From Burkholderiales bacterium (GTDB lineage: Bacteria; Pseudomonadota; Gammaproteobacteria; Burkholderiales; Burkholderiaceae_C): a stretch of DNA of 64,000 bases. Location of the stretch: contig JACRAY010000010.1 of assembly GCA_016213325.1 (NCBI GenBank), positions 68,927 through 132,926 of the forward strand, read 5' to 3'. Shown piece after piece: positions 18,706 through 26,805 of this stretch. A program made the position numbers and the translations under genes. Within the stretch, counting starts at the first letter, position 1. Each line of letters begins with the position of its first letter. Under the pieces are notes generated by a model, which was not told where the DNA came from, searched no databases, and was given only the letters and a program-made list of their open reading frames with translations.

Positions 18706-19410
18706 GACGGAGATGGGCCCGTACAAGGCGCGAGTGCGGGATCGCGTGTTGTCGCTGTCCGTCATGATGGCAATGCCCACCAGCGCCCCGGGCGCTTCAC
18801 CGAAGGCGCGTTCGTAGTCGGCGCGGATGTCGCGCTCGTAGTCCAGCCAGCGATCCAGCCGGGCCGGGCCGGACTCGAGCACCACCTTGCGAATGCGGTC
18901 GGTGCGCGGGCTGCGGATCACCGTGCCCGGCTCGCGCTTGTTGCACCACACGTACATCAGCGTGGCATAAGGCATCTCTTCGCCGGTGAGGGCGCGCACC
19001 AGCTCGGCCGTAAGGGCGTCGCGGGCCGAGAACCGGTTGCGGTCGCCCTCGAAAGCCAGGATCACGCGCACCGGCGAGTCCGCGGCTTCGCGCAGGGCCA
19101 GGTCGGCCTGCGCCATGAGCTCGGGCACTTTCCACGAGAAGCGCACGGCACCCATGTCCTGCGGCTCGATGCGTACCGTCCGGCGCAGCATGCTGGCGGC
19201 GGAGTCGGCCGTGACGGAGACGGCTTCACGGCCATCACTGCGCACCGGCCGCCAGGCCGCGGCGCGCTTGCCGGGTAGCGTGTAGTGCGCCCAACGCGCC
19301 TTGTCCCATTCGGCGCCTGCTGCGTGCGGGCTCGATGCCTGCGGCAGCTGCGCGCAACCGGCAGCCAACAGGCCCGCAAGAACCGCCAGCAGGCGGCCGA
19401 ATGCATTCAT
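18664..19410 (-). CDS. lipoprotein, DUF3047-like
   Basis: I place the start at the internal ATG MNAFGRLLAVLAGLLAAGC (lipobox LAAGC). The body resembles my recollection of DUF3047 proteins. The last ~14 codons (..VIPAKAGIQGFQAF) are encoded by the REP element. Confidence 0.65.
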   Translation of the reverse strand: MNAFGRLLAVLAGLLAAGCAQLPQASSPHAAGAEWDKARWAHYTLPGKRAAAWRPVRSDGREAVSVTADSAASMLRRTVRIEPQDMGAVRFSWKVPELMAQADLALREAADSPVRVILAFEGDRNRFSARDALTAELVRALTGEEMPYATLMYVWCNKREPGTVIRSPRTDRIRKVVLESGPARLDRWLDYERDIRADYERAFGEAPGALVGIAIMTDSDNTRSRTRALYGPISVIPAKAGIQGFQAF

Positions 19411-19433
19411 CTCGACAGTTTCCCAACCTCTCA

Positions 19434-19461
19434 CAAAAAAAGGCCGCCCGAAGGCGGCCTT
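19434..19461 (-). terminator. intrinsic terminator of the porin gene
   Basis: On the minus strand, AAGGCCGCC-TTCG-GGCGGCCTT is followed by TTTTTTT, 21 nt after the porin stop. A short T-run also follows on the plus strand. Confidence 0.8.
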
Positions 19462-19481
19462 TTCAAGTTTCTTCTTTTTGC

Positions 19482-20618
19482 TTAGAAGCTGTGGCGGATG
19501 CCCAGGTCGAAGCCGCTGGACGAGGTGTTCACGCCAGTGGTCGAGCCGTTGAGGGCGGCGGCAGCGCCGTCGCTGTTGCGCACGCGAGCGTACGTGGCGT
19601 ACAGGGCGGTGCGCTTCGACAGGTTGTGCACATAGCCCAGGGCCAGCTTGCGGCTCTTCGGGTCGGCGCCGACGCCCGGGTCGGTGCGGTACTGCGAGTA
19701 GGCGAGGCGGATTTCGCCGGGGCCCACGGGCACCAGGCCGCCGATCAGCCAGCCGCGGCCATCGGTCGCGCCGGCTTCATCACGGCTGATGTGACCCATC
19801 AGCTTGGCGACGCCGAAGTCCCACTGGCCGCCGATGTTGTTCTGGCGGACGTCGCCGGCAGCGTATTCGGTGCGGCTCAACGCCAGGGCGACGTTGAACG
19901 GGCCCGAAGCGAAGCCGACGCGAACGCCATAGCCGGCGCCGTCGTCTTCGGTGGCAGCGCCGGTCTTCAGGTTCTCGCCCAGATACATCATGGCCTGGCC
20001 GTAGAAGCCGCCCAGGTTACGCGGCAGCGAGTACTGGATCGCGTTGGAGGCGCGAACCGCGGTCACACCGGTGATGATGCTGTTCAGCGTCTGGGTGGTG
20101 CCCACGCCGTTCGTGCCGAACGGGTCGAACACAGTCAGGTTCCAGAACTGCGGGGTGTACTCGCGGCCCATCAGCACTTCACCCCAGTTGCCGCCGAGGC
20201 TCACGTACGAGCGGCGGTTGAAGGTGAGGCCTTGCGTGCCGTTCAGCGCGACGGTCGACGTGCAGGTGACCGGGACGCCCACGACGGCCGGGGTTGCGCC
20301 CGTGACCGTGCAGGTGCCGGTGGCGCCGCCGCCGGTGGCCTGGTTGTTCAGGCCGGTTGCACCGCCGGTGCCGTTGTCGTTGTTGACGGTGGCTTCGAGC
20401 CAGAAGGTGGCGAACATGCCGCCGCCGAGGTCTTCACGGCCGCGGAAGCCCAGGCGCGAGCTGTTGTAGCCCGAGTTGGTGAGCTGGAAGCGGTCGGCGA
20501 CCGAGCCGCGGCCCCAGGCCAGCGTAGCGTCAACGATACCGAACAGCGTGACCGACGATTGGGCAGAGGCCGAGCCGGCGGCAGCCAGGACGGCCAAAGC
20601 AATCAGGGACTTTTTCAT
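19482..20618 (-). CDS. outer-membrane general porin (OmpC/Omp32-like)
   Basis: The internal ATG is preceded by GGAGA. MKKSLIALAVLAAAGSASAQSSVTLFGIVD... and the C-terminal ...GFDLGIRHSF are the typical Burkholderiales porin N-terminus and C-terminal Phe. The track ORF is 40 codons too long. Confidence 0.9.
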   Translation of the reverse strand: MKKSLIALAVLAAAGSASAQSSVTLFGIVDATLAWGRGSVADRFQLTNSGYNSSRLGFRGREDLGGGMFATFWLEATVNNDNGTGGATGLNNQATGGGATGTCTVTGATPAVVGVPVTCTSTVALNGTQGLTFNRRSYVSLGGNWGEVLMGREYTPQFWNLTVFDPFGTNGVGTTQTLNSIITGVTAVRASNAIQYSLPRNLGGFYGQAMMYLGENLKTGAATEDDGAGYGVRVGFASGPFNVALALSRTEYAAGDVRQNNIGGQWDFGVAKLMGHISRDEAGATDGRGWLIGGLVPVGPGEIRLAYSQYRTDPGVGADPKSRKLALGYVHNLSKRTALYATYARVRNSDGAAAALNGSTTGVNTSSSGFDLGIRHSF

Positions 20619-20963
20619 GCAAGTTTCTCCAAGGTTAAACATGGGGCTCCGGTGCGATGTGGGGGTGAGGCCATCCAGCAAGTTGCGGCAGCAACGAGGC
20701 CGGGGACGCTTGCGCTCCCACCCGGATCCCCGGGCCAACCTCCTTTTGGGAAGTTGTCGCTATTGCACCAGACGGGCATTTCCGGCGCAAAGTATTTAGT
20801 CCCCGGGGCGCCCTTTCGTTGCACCCGGACAACAGACCGGCGACCGTCCAGTGGATGCGAAACAACAGAGACGAAATCGGTTTCGGATTGCAAAAAGCCC
20901 CCGTGGCGACGAAGGGACTTGACACGTGGCAGGCCAACCCGTGCGCGGCATTAGACTCGCTCG

Positions 20964-21584
20964 ATGATCGACACGCTGATCGGCGCCTTCGACGGTGCGC
21001 TGCGCACCCTCTTCGCGACCCCGCGCGCCACGCGGGCCTGCCCGACGGTGCCGGCGGACGACACGCACCTGGGGCACGACGAGCGCCGGCATGCGGCCGC
21101 GCTGATGCGGGTGAACCACGTGGGCGAAGTCTGTGCACAGGCGCTCTATGCGGCGCAGGCGCTGGCCACTCCCAACGCCGCGCTCAAGCGCCAGTTCGAG
21201 GAAGCGGCGCGCGAGGAGACCGACCACCTGGCATGGACGCAGGCCCGGCTGGAAGAACTGGGCGCGCGGCCGTCGCTGCTCAATCCGCTGTGGTACGCGG
21301 GCGCTTTCGGCATGGGGTTGCTCGCGGGGCGGCTCGGCGACCCGGTCAGCCTGGGCTTCCTGGTCGAGACCGAAAGGCAGGTGGAAGCGCACCTGCAGGG
21401 CCACCTGGACCGGCTGCCGGTAGAAGACCACGCCTCACGCGCGATCGTGGCGCAGATGAAGGACGACGAGGCCAAGCACGCGCAGCTGGCGCTTACGGCG
21501 GGCGGTATCGACCTGCCGTTGCCGGCGAAGCTGGCGATGAAGGCGGCGGCGAAGGTGATGACCACCACCGCCCACTACTTTTAG
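20964..21584 (+). CDS. coq7: 2-polyprenyl-3-methyl-6-methoxy-1,4-benzoquinone hydroxylase (demethoxyubiquinone hydroxylase)
   Basis: 206 aa. The di-iron carboxylate motifs ...[14 protein letters not shown]... and ...EETDHLAW... are characteristic of Coq7. Confidence 0.9.
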   Translation: MIDTLIGAFDGALRTLFATPRATRACPTVPADDTHLGHDERRHAAALMRVNHVGEVCAQALYAAQALATPNAALKRQFEEAAREETDHLAWTQARLEELGARPSLLNPLWYAGAFGMGLLAGRLGDPVSLGFLVETERQVEAHLQGHLDRLPVEDHASRAIVAQMKDDEAKHAQLALTAGGIDLPLPAKLAMKAAAKVMTTTAHYF

Positions 21585-22030
21585 CCCTCTACCACTTCGA
21601 AACTCGTCGTCACCTCGGCGGTCTTCGCGAGCATGGCCGTCGCCGAGCAGTACTTGTGGTGGCTCATGTCCACGGCGCGCTCGACGGCCTGCACCGGGAT
21701 GCCCTTGCCGGTGATGGTGAAGTGCATGTGGATCTTCGTGAAGACCTTCGGGTCCTCGTTCGCTCGCGCCGCTTCCAGCTTGACCGTGCAGCCGCGCACG
21801 TCGTGGCGGCCGCGCTTGAGGATCAGCACCACGTCATAGGCCGTGCAGCCGCCGGTGCCGGCCAGCACGGTTTCCATCGGCCGCGGCGCCAGGTTCTGCC
21901 CGCCGTTCTCCGGCCGCGCCGCATCGGGCGCGCCGTCCATCACGATCACGTGGCCGCTGCCGGTCTCCGCCACGAACCCCATGCCGGAGCGCGCGCCCGT
22001 AGCGCCGGTCCAACTTACTGTGCATTCCAT
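21581..22030 (-). CDS. OsmC/Ohr-family peroxiredoxin-like protein
   Basis: 149 aa from the internal [12 protein letters not shown].... ...[18 protein letters not shown]... and ...[10 protein letters not shown]... carry the two conserved Cys. It is convergent with coq7, overlapping by 4 nt. Confidence 0.85.
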   Translation of the reverse strand: MECTVSWTGATGARSGMGFVAETGSGHVIVMDGAPDAARPENGGQNLAPRPMETVLAGTGGCTAYDVVLILKRGRHDVRGCTVKLEAARANEDPKVFTKIHMHFTITGKGIPVQAVERAVDMSHHKYCSATAMLAKTAEVTTSFEVVEG

Positions 22031-22075
22031 TCCACACCCTTCCCGACTCATTGTGCATTGCAGCAAAAGCGGCGC

Positions 22076-22172
22076 TATACTGCCTTTCAAGCATACCGCC
22101 GCAAACGGTTGTCTCCTCCACCTCTCCTTTGGTGGATTCAGCCCCCGGTTCGCAAGGTCCGGGGGCTTTTTT
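22076..22172 (+). promoter_or_regulatory. ilvA leader: TATACT -10-like box, small hairpin, then a strong intrinsic terminator 25 nt before the ilvA ATG
   Basis: TATACT is at 22076-22081, with TTGTGC 19 nt upstream. A hairpin TCCACC/GGTGGA spans 22117-22136. The terminator GCCCCCGG-N10-CCGGGGGC is at 22141-22166, followed by TTTTTT at 22167-22172. Confidence 0.55.
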
Positions 22173-22196
22173 ATCCCCATCCATAATTCCCGGGTC

Positions 22197-23741
22197 ATGA
22201 CCAAGCACCTGCAGCCGGCCGATTACCTCAAGAAGATCCTCACAGCCAAGGTGTACGACGTTGCGGTCGAGTCCGCCCTGGAGCCCGCCAAAAACCTCAG
22301 CCGCAGGTTGCACAACAAGGTGCTGCTCAAGCGCGAGGACCAGCAGGCGGTGTTCAGCTTCAAGCTGCGCGGCGCCTACAACAAGATGGCGCACCTGCCG
22401 CCCGAGCAACTGAAGCGCGGCGTCATCTGCGCGTCGGCCGGCAACCACGCGCAAGGCGTTGCGATGTCCGCGCACAGGATGGGCACGCGCGCGGTCATCG
22501 TGATGCCGGTGACGACGCCCCAGCTGAAGGTGGAAGCCGTCAAGGCGCTCGGCGGCGAGGTGGTGCTGCACGGCGACAGCTACTCCGACGCCTACGGCCA
22601 CGCGGTCGAGCTGGAGAAGCAGCAGGGCCTGACCTTCGTGCACCCGTTCGACGACCCCGACGTCATCGCCGGCCAGGGCACCGTGGCCATGGAGATCCTG
22701 CGCCAGCACCAGGGGCCGCTCGATGCGGTGTTCGTCGCCATCGGCGGCGGCGGGCTGGTGTCGGGCGTGGCCAGCTACATCAAGGCCGTGCGGCCCGAGG
22801 TGAAGGTGATCGGCGTGCAGATGGAGGACTCCGACGCGATGATGCAGTCGGTCGCCTCGAAAAAGCGCGTCACGCTGGCCGATGTCGGCCTGTTCTCCGA
22901 CGGCACCGCGGTGAAGCTGGTCGGCGAGGAAACCTTCCGGCTGGCCCGCGAACTGGTGGACGAGTTCATCACGGTGGACACCGACGCGGTGTGCGCGGGC
23001 ATCAAGGACGTGTTCGTCGACACGCGCAGCATCGTCGAGCCGGCCGGCGCGCTGGCGGTGGCGGCCATCAAGCAGTATGTGGCGCAGAAGAAGACGCGCG
23101 GCGAGACCTACGTGGCCATCCTGTGCGGCGCCAACATGAACTTCGACCGGCTGCGCTTCGTGGCCGAGCGCGCCGAGGTGGGCGAGGAGCGCGAGGCGCT
23201 GCTGGCAGTGACCATCCCCGAAGAGCGCGGCAGCTTCCGGCGCTTCTGCGAGGTCATCGGCACGCTGCCGGGCGGCCCGCGCAACGTCACCGAGTTCAAC
23301 TACCGCATCAGCGACGCGAGCGTGGCGCACGTGTTCGTCGGCCTCACCACGCACGGCAAGGGCGAGTCGGCGCGCATCGCGGCCAACTTCTCGCGCCACG
23401 GCTTCGAGGCGCTCGACCTCACGCACGACGAGCTGGCCAAGGAACACATCCGCCACATGGTGGGCGGGCACTCGCCGCTGGCGCAGGACGAGCGGCTGCT
23501 GCGCTTCATCTTCCCCGAGCGGCCGGGCGCGCTCATGAAGTTCCTGTCGCACATGCAGCCCAACTGGAACATCTCGCTGTTCCACTACCGCAACCAGGGC
23601 GCCGACTACGGCCGCATCCTGGTGGGCATGCAGGTGCCCAAGGCCGACCGCAAGGCCTTCAAGGATTTCCTCGACACCCTGGGCTACCCGTTTGTGGAAG
23701 AAACCGACAACCCGGTCTATCGCCTCTTCCTGAAAAGCTGA
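22197..23741 (+). CDS. ilvA: threonine ammonia-lyase, biosynthetic (threonine dehydratase)
   Basis: 514 aa from MTKHLQPADYLKKILTAKVYDVA.... ...FSFKLRGAYNKM... is the PLP-Lys motif, and two C-terminal ACT-like regulatory repeats follow. The track ORF has a 118-codon spurious N-extension. Confidence 0.95.
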   Translation: MTKHLQPADYLKKILTAKVYDVAVESALEPAKNLSRRLHNKVLLKREDQQAVFSFKLRGAYNKMAHLPPEQLKRGVICASAGNHAQGVAMSAHRMGTRAVIVMPVTTPQLKVEAVKALGGEVVLHGDSYSDAYGHAVELEKQQGLTFVHPFDDPDVIAGQGTVAMEILRQHQGPLDAVFVAIGGGGLVSGVASYIKAVRPEVKVIGVQMEDSDAMMQSVASKKRVTLADVGLFSDGTAVKLVGEETFRLARELVDEFITVDTDAVCAGIKDVFVDTRSIVEPAGALAVAAIKQYVAQKKTRGETYVAILCGANMNFDRLRFVAERAEVGEEREALLAVTIPEERGSFRRFCEVIGTLPGGPRNVTEFNYRISDASVAHVFVGLTTHGKGESARIAANFSRHGFEALDLTHDELAKEHIRHMVGGHSPLAQDERLLRFIFPERPGALMKFLSHMQPNWNISLFHYRNQGADYGRILVGMQVPKADRKAFKDFLDTLGYPFVEETDNPVYRLFLKS

Positions 23742-23762
23742 TCGCCAGTACCATCGCGGGCA

Positions 23763-24452
23763 GTGGACGCCCCGCGCAATGCCATCGACGGTTTCCTCAG
23801 GCACTTCCTGGCGGCGGTGCAGGTTTCCACACGCCTGCCGGTGCAAGGGGCGCTGCCTGGCCCCGAGCTCCAGCTGGCTGCGGCGCGGCATTTCCCCGGC
23901 GTCGGCTGGCTGGCCGGCATCGCCGCCTCAGGCATATTCGCCGCGTTTTCGATCGGCCTGCCCGACGGGCCGCTGACGCCCTTTGCGGCGGCGGTGGCCA
24001 GCACCATCGCCACCTTGCTGGTGACGGGAGCGTTCTACGAAAAGAGCCTGGCGGCCGTGGCTGGCGGGCAGCTGGCGGTGACGCTCGCCCTGCTGGCCAA
24101 GGTATCGGTGCTGGGCGTGCTCGCCTACCGGTCGCCGGGCGCCCTGGCCACGGCGTTGCTCGCCGCGCACACGGTGTCGCGCTTCTGGCCGATCGTGCTC
24201 ACGCCCGTCTCGCACCGGGAGATGGCCGTCGCCGCCGTATGGTGCGTCGTGCCACTGGCGCTGATGGTGGTGGCGCACGGCCTGCTGTTCGCCTTCATGG
24301 CCATGCTGGTGAGCGGGCTGGCGCTGGCCGCCATGCGCTGGTGGCTGCAGCGCGAGGCGCTGGGCTTCACGCCGGACACGCTGGGGGCGGCCCAGCAGGC
24401 GTGCGAGATCGCCTTTTACGTCGGCGCCGGTTTCGGTTTAAGTAGCCGCTAG
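23763..24452 (+). CDS. CobS-family (adenosylcobinamide-GDP ribazoletransferase-like) membrane protein, apparently degenerate
   Basis: 229 aa with a GTG start. The N-terminal ...LAAVQVSTRLPV... and C-terminal ...PDTLGAAQQACEIAF... parallel CobS. The central CobS motif TGG(F/L)HLDGLADTxDG is replaced by TGAFYEKSLAAVAGG. Confidence 0.5.
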   Translation: MDAPRNAIDGFLRHFLAAVQVSTRLPVQGALPGPELQLAAARHFPGVGWLAGIAASGIFAAFSIGLPDGPLTPFAAAVASTIATLLVTGAFYEKSLAAVAGGQLAVTLALLAKVSVLGVLAYRSPGALATALLAAHTVSRFWPIVLTPVSHREMAVAAVWCVVPLALMVVAHGLLFAFMAMLVSGLALAAMRWWLQREALGFTPDTLGAAQQACEIAFYVGAGFGLSSR

Positions 24453-24901
24453 CCTTTTCGAACCGGCGGCAGCTCGAGCGTCAACACCGGCGGCGCCTTG
24501 CCCGGAGGCCCGATCAGGGCGCGCCGACCTTCGACCGATTGCAGCACCAGGCCTTCGTCGATGTTCGCGCCCACGCGGTACGGCCGGGCCGGCTTGCCAT
24601 CCACCGAGATCAGGGCCACGCCGGTATGCGACGCGCGCGCGGCCACGCCGACCAGCTGGAAGCGGCTGGCCAGGCTGGGCGCCGCGGGCGTGCCCAGGGC
24701 CGACGGCATGGAGCCGAGCAGCCGCGCCAGTGCCGCCGGGTCGGCGGCCACCGCTGCGCGTGCCGGTGTCACCGGGACCGGCGTGGCCGAAGGGCGTGCC
24801 GCCAGCTTCAACCCCCAGGCCACGGCGCTGGCAGCAGCCAGCGCAGCCAGCACGAAGGTCAGCGCGTGCACGGCCCAGCGGCTCGGCGGTGTGGTCAACA
24901 T
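24449..24901 (-). CDS. gspC: GspC-like T2SS inner-membrane protein (TM + HR-like domain, no PDZ)
   Basis: 150 aa with an N-terminal TM (WAVHALTFVLAALAAASAVAW). ...FQLVGVAA....GVALISVDGKPARPYRVGANIDEGLVLQSVEGRRALI resembles the GspC HR / PulC-type domain. It is divergent from gspG. Confidence 0.5.
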   Translation of the reverse strand: MLTTPPSRWAVHALTFVLAALAAASAVAWGLKLAARPSATPVPVTPARAAVAADPAALARLLGSMPSALGTPAAPSLASRFQLVGVAARASHTGVALISVDGKPARPYRVGANIDEGLVLQSVEGRRALIGPPGKAPPVLTLELPPVRKG

Positions 24902-24940
24902 GCGGGGATTATCATTGAACGAATGGCTCCCCCCTATGCA

Positions 24941-25360
24941 ATGAAATCAAGTCTGCAACGCGGCTTCACCCTGATCGAGCTGATGGTGGTGCTGGTCATC
25001 ATCGCCGTGCTCGGCGCGCTGATCGTGCCCAACGTGCTGGACCGCGCCGACGACGCGCGCGTGACGGCGGCGCGCACCGACGTCAACAACCTGGTGCAGG
25101 CACTCAAGCTCTACAAGCTCGACAACCACCGCTATCCCACGGGCGAACAAGGCCTGCAGGCGCTGGTGGCCAAGCCGGCCACGGGCCCCGCGCCGGCCAA
25201 CTGGAAGCCGTACCTCGAGAAGCTGCCCAACGATCCCTGGGGCCGGCCCTACCAGTACCTCAACCCGGGCCTGAAGGGCGAGATCGACGTCATGTCGTTC
25301 GGTGCCGACGGCCAGTCCGGCGGCGAGGGACGCGATGCGGACATCGGTTCCTGGCAGTAG
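24941..25360 (+). CDS. gspG: T2SS major pseudopilin
   Basis: 139 aa with the prepilin motif MKSSLQRG|FTLIELMVV and the conserved GspG core ...DPWGRPYQYLNPG..GEIDVMSFGADGQ.GG. Confidence 0.95.
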   Translation: MKSSLQRGFTLIELMVVLVIIAVLGALIVPNVLDRADDARVTAARTDVNNLVQALKLYKLDNHRYPTGEQGLQALVAKPATGPAPANWKPYLEKLPNDPWGRPYQYLNPGLKGEIDVMSFGADGQSGGEGRDADIGSWQ

Positions 25361-25772
25361 CGGCTTCACCCTCATCGAGCTGCTGGTCGTCGTCGCGATC
25401 ATCGCGTTGGCGGCCGCGGGTGTCAGCTTCGCATTGCGCGACACCGCCGACGCGCAACTCGACCGCGAAGCGCTGCGCCTCGCAGCGCTGTTGGAGACGG
25501 CCCGCACGCAATCGCGCACCAGCGGCGTGCCGGTGACCTGGGCGCCGGCCGACGGCGGTTTCCACTTCGAAGGCGTGACCGACAAGTCATTGCCCGACCA
25601 GTGGCTGCACGCCGAAACCCAGGTGCAGGGCACGCCCACGCTGGTGCTCGGCCCCGAGCCGATCATCCGGCCCCAGGGCGTCACCTTGCTCTCCACGTCG
25701 CTGCCCAATCGCAGCGTGCGCATCGCCACCGACGGCCTGCGGCCCTTCGCCATCGCGCCTGCCGGCCCATGA
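25335..25772 (+). CDS. gspH: T2SS minor pseudopilin GspH
   Basis: MRTSVPGSSG|FTLIELLVVVAII is a prepilin leader. The gene sits in the expected position after gspG and overlaps the gspG 3' end by 26 nt. Confidence 0.8.
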   Translation: MRTSVPGSSGFTLIELLVVVAIIALAAAGVSFALRDTADAQLDREALRLAALLETARTQSRTSGVPVTWAPADGGFHFEGVTDKSLPDQWLHAETQVQGTPTLVLGPEPIIRPQGVTLLSTSLPNRSVRIATDGLRPFAIAPAGP

Positions 25773-26128
25773 AGCAACTGAGCCGCGGGTTCACCTTGAT
25801 CGAGGTGCTGGTCGCCCTCGGCATCGTCGCCATCGCGCTCACCGCCGGCGTCCAGGCGACGGCGGCACTCACCAACAACGCGCGCCGCCAGTCCGACCTG
25901 CTGCTGGCGCACCTGTGCGCCGAGAACGAGCTGGTGAAGATACGGCTGGCCAAGGAGATGCCCGACGTGGGCGAGGGCGACCGCTCCTGCGAACAGGCCG
26001 GGCAGCAGTTTGCGGTCAGGGTGTCGGTGTCGCCCACCCCCAACCCCAACTTTCGCCGCGTCGACGCGCAAGTCACCGACGGCAGCTCGCCCATCGTGCG
26101 GCTGTCGACCGTGGTCGGGAAGATCTGA
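25769..26128 (+). CDS. gspI: T2SS minor pseudopilin GspI
   Basis: 119 aa, MKQLSRG|FTLIEVLVAL. The ATG overlaps the gspH stop (ATGA). Confidence 0.85.
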   Translation: MKQLSRGFTLIEVLVALGIVAIALTAGVQATAALTNNARRQSDLLLAHLCAENELVKIRLAKEMPDVGEGDRSCEQAGQQFAVRVSVSPTPNPNFRRVDAQVTDGSSPIVRLSTVVGKI

Positions 26129-26805
26129 TGCGCAGCGGCCGCGGCTTCACCCTGGTCGAACTGCTGGTGGCGCTAGGCGTCATGGGGCTGCTGGCGATCA
26201 TGAGCTGGCGCGGGCTCGACGGCATGACGCGCGCACACGAGCTGACCGGCGCGCGCAACGACGAAGTGCTGGCGCTGCAGACCGGCCTCGCGCAGTGGGG
26301 CGCCGACCTCGACGCGGTGGTGCCGCTGGCGCAGATGCCCGCGCTCGAATGGAACGGCCGCGTGCTGCGCATCACGCGCCGCGGCACCGCGTCGGTCATC
26401 GACGGCATCCACGTGGTGGCCTGGGCGCGCCGCGACGGCCACTGGCTGCGCTGGGAAACACCCTCGCTCGCCACCCGCGGCGAGGTCGAATCGGCCTGGC
26501 AGCAGGCCGACCTGTGGGCCGCCAACCCCAGCGACGAACAGCGCCGCTGGGAAGTGAAAGTCACGCCGCTCGCCGACTGGCAGCTCTTCTACTACCGCAA
26601 CGATGCCTGGACCAACCCGCAGTCGAGCGCGGGGCAGGCGGGCCCTCCCGCCGCGCTGCCCGGGGGCACGCCATCGGCGGCGGCGGGCCGCGGCGCCAAT
26701 ATCCCCGACGGCGTGCGCCTCGTGCTGGAGCTGCCGCCCGGGCTGGCACTGGCCGGGCGCATCACGCGCGACTGGGTCAACCCCACCGCCGGAGGCAGCA
26801 AGTGA
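26128..26805 (+). CDS. gspJ: T2SS minor pseudopilin GspJ
   Basis: 225 aa, MRSGRG|FTLVELLVAL. The start overlaps the gspI stop (TGATG). Confidence 0.85.
   Translation: MRSGRGFTLVELLVALGVMGLLAIMSWRGLDGMTRAHELTGARNDEVLALQTGLAQWGADLDAVVPLAQMPALEWNGRVLRITRRGTASVIDGIHVVAWARRDGHWLRWETPSLATRGEVESAWQQADLWAANPSDEQRRWEVKVTPLADWQLFYYRNDAWTNPQSSAGQAGPPAALPGGTPSAAAGRGANIPDGVRLVLELPPGLALAGRITRDWVNPTAGGSK

Noticed and set aside
20619-20963. Promoter calls for the divergent porin and coq7 genes (e.g. TTGACA at about 20919)
   Set aside because: No -10 element lies at an acceptable spacing from the -35-like hexamers I could see, so any call would be guesswork.
21834-23891. 685 aa minus-strand ORF opposite ilvA
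   Set aside because: It is antisense to a full-length threonine dehydratase, has no motifs, and shows shadow-ORF composition.
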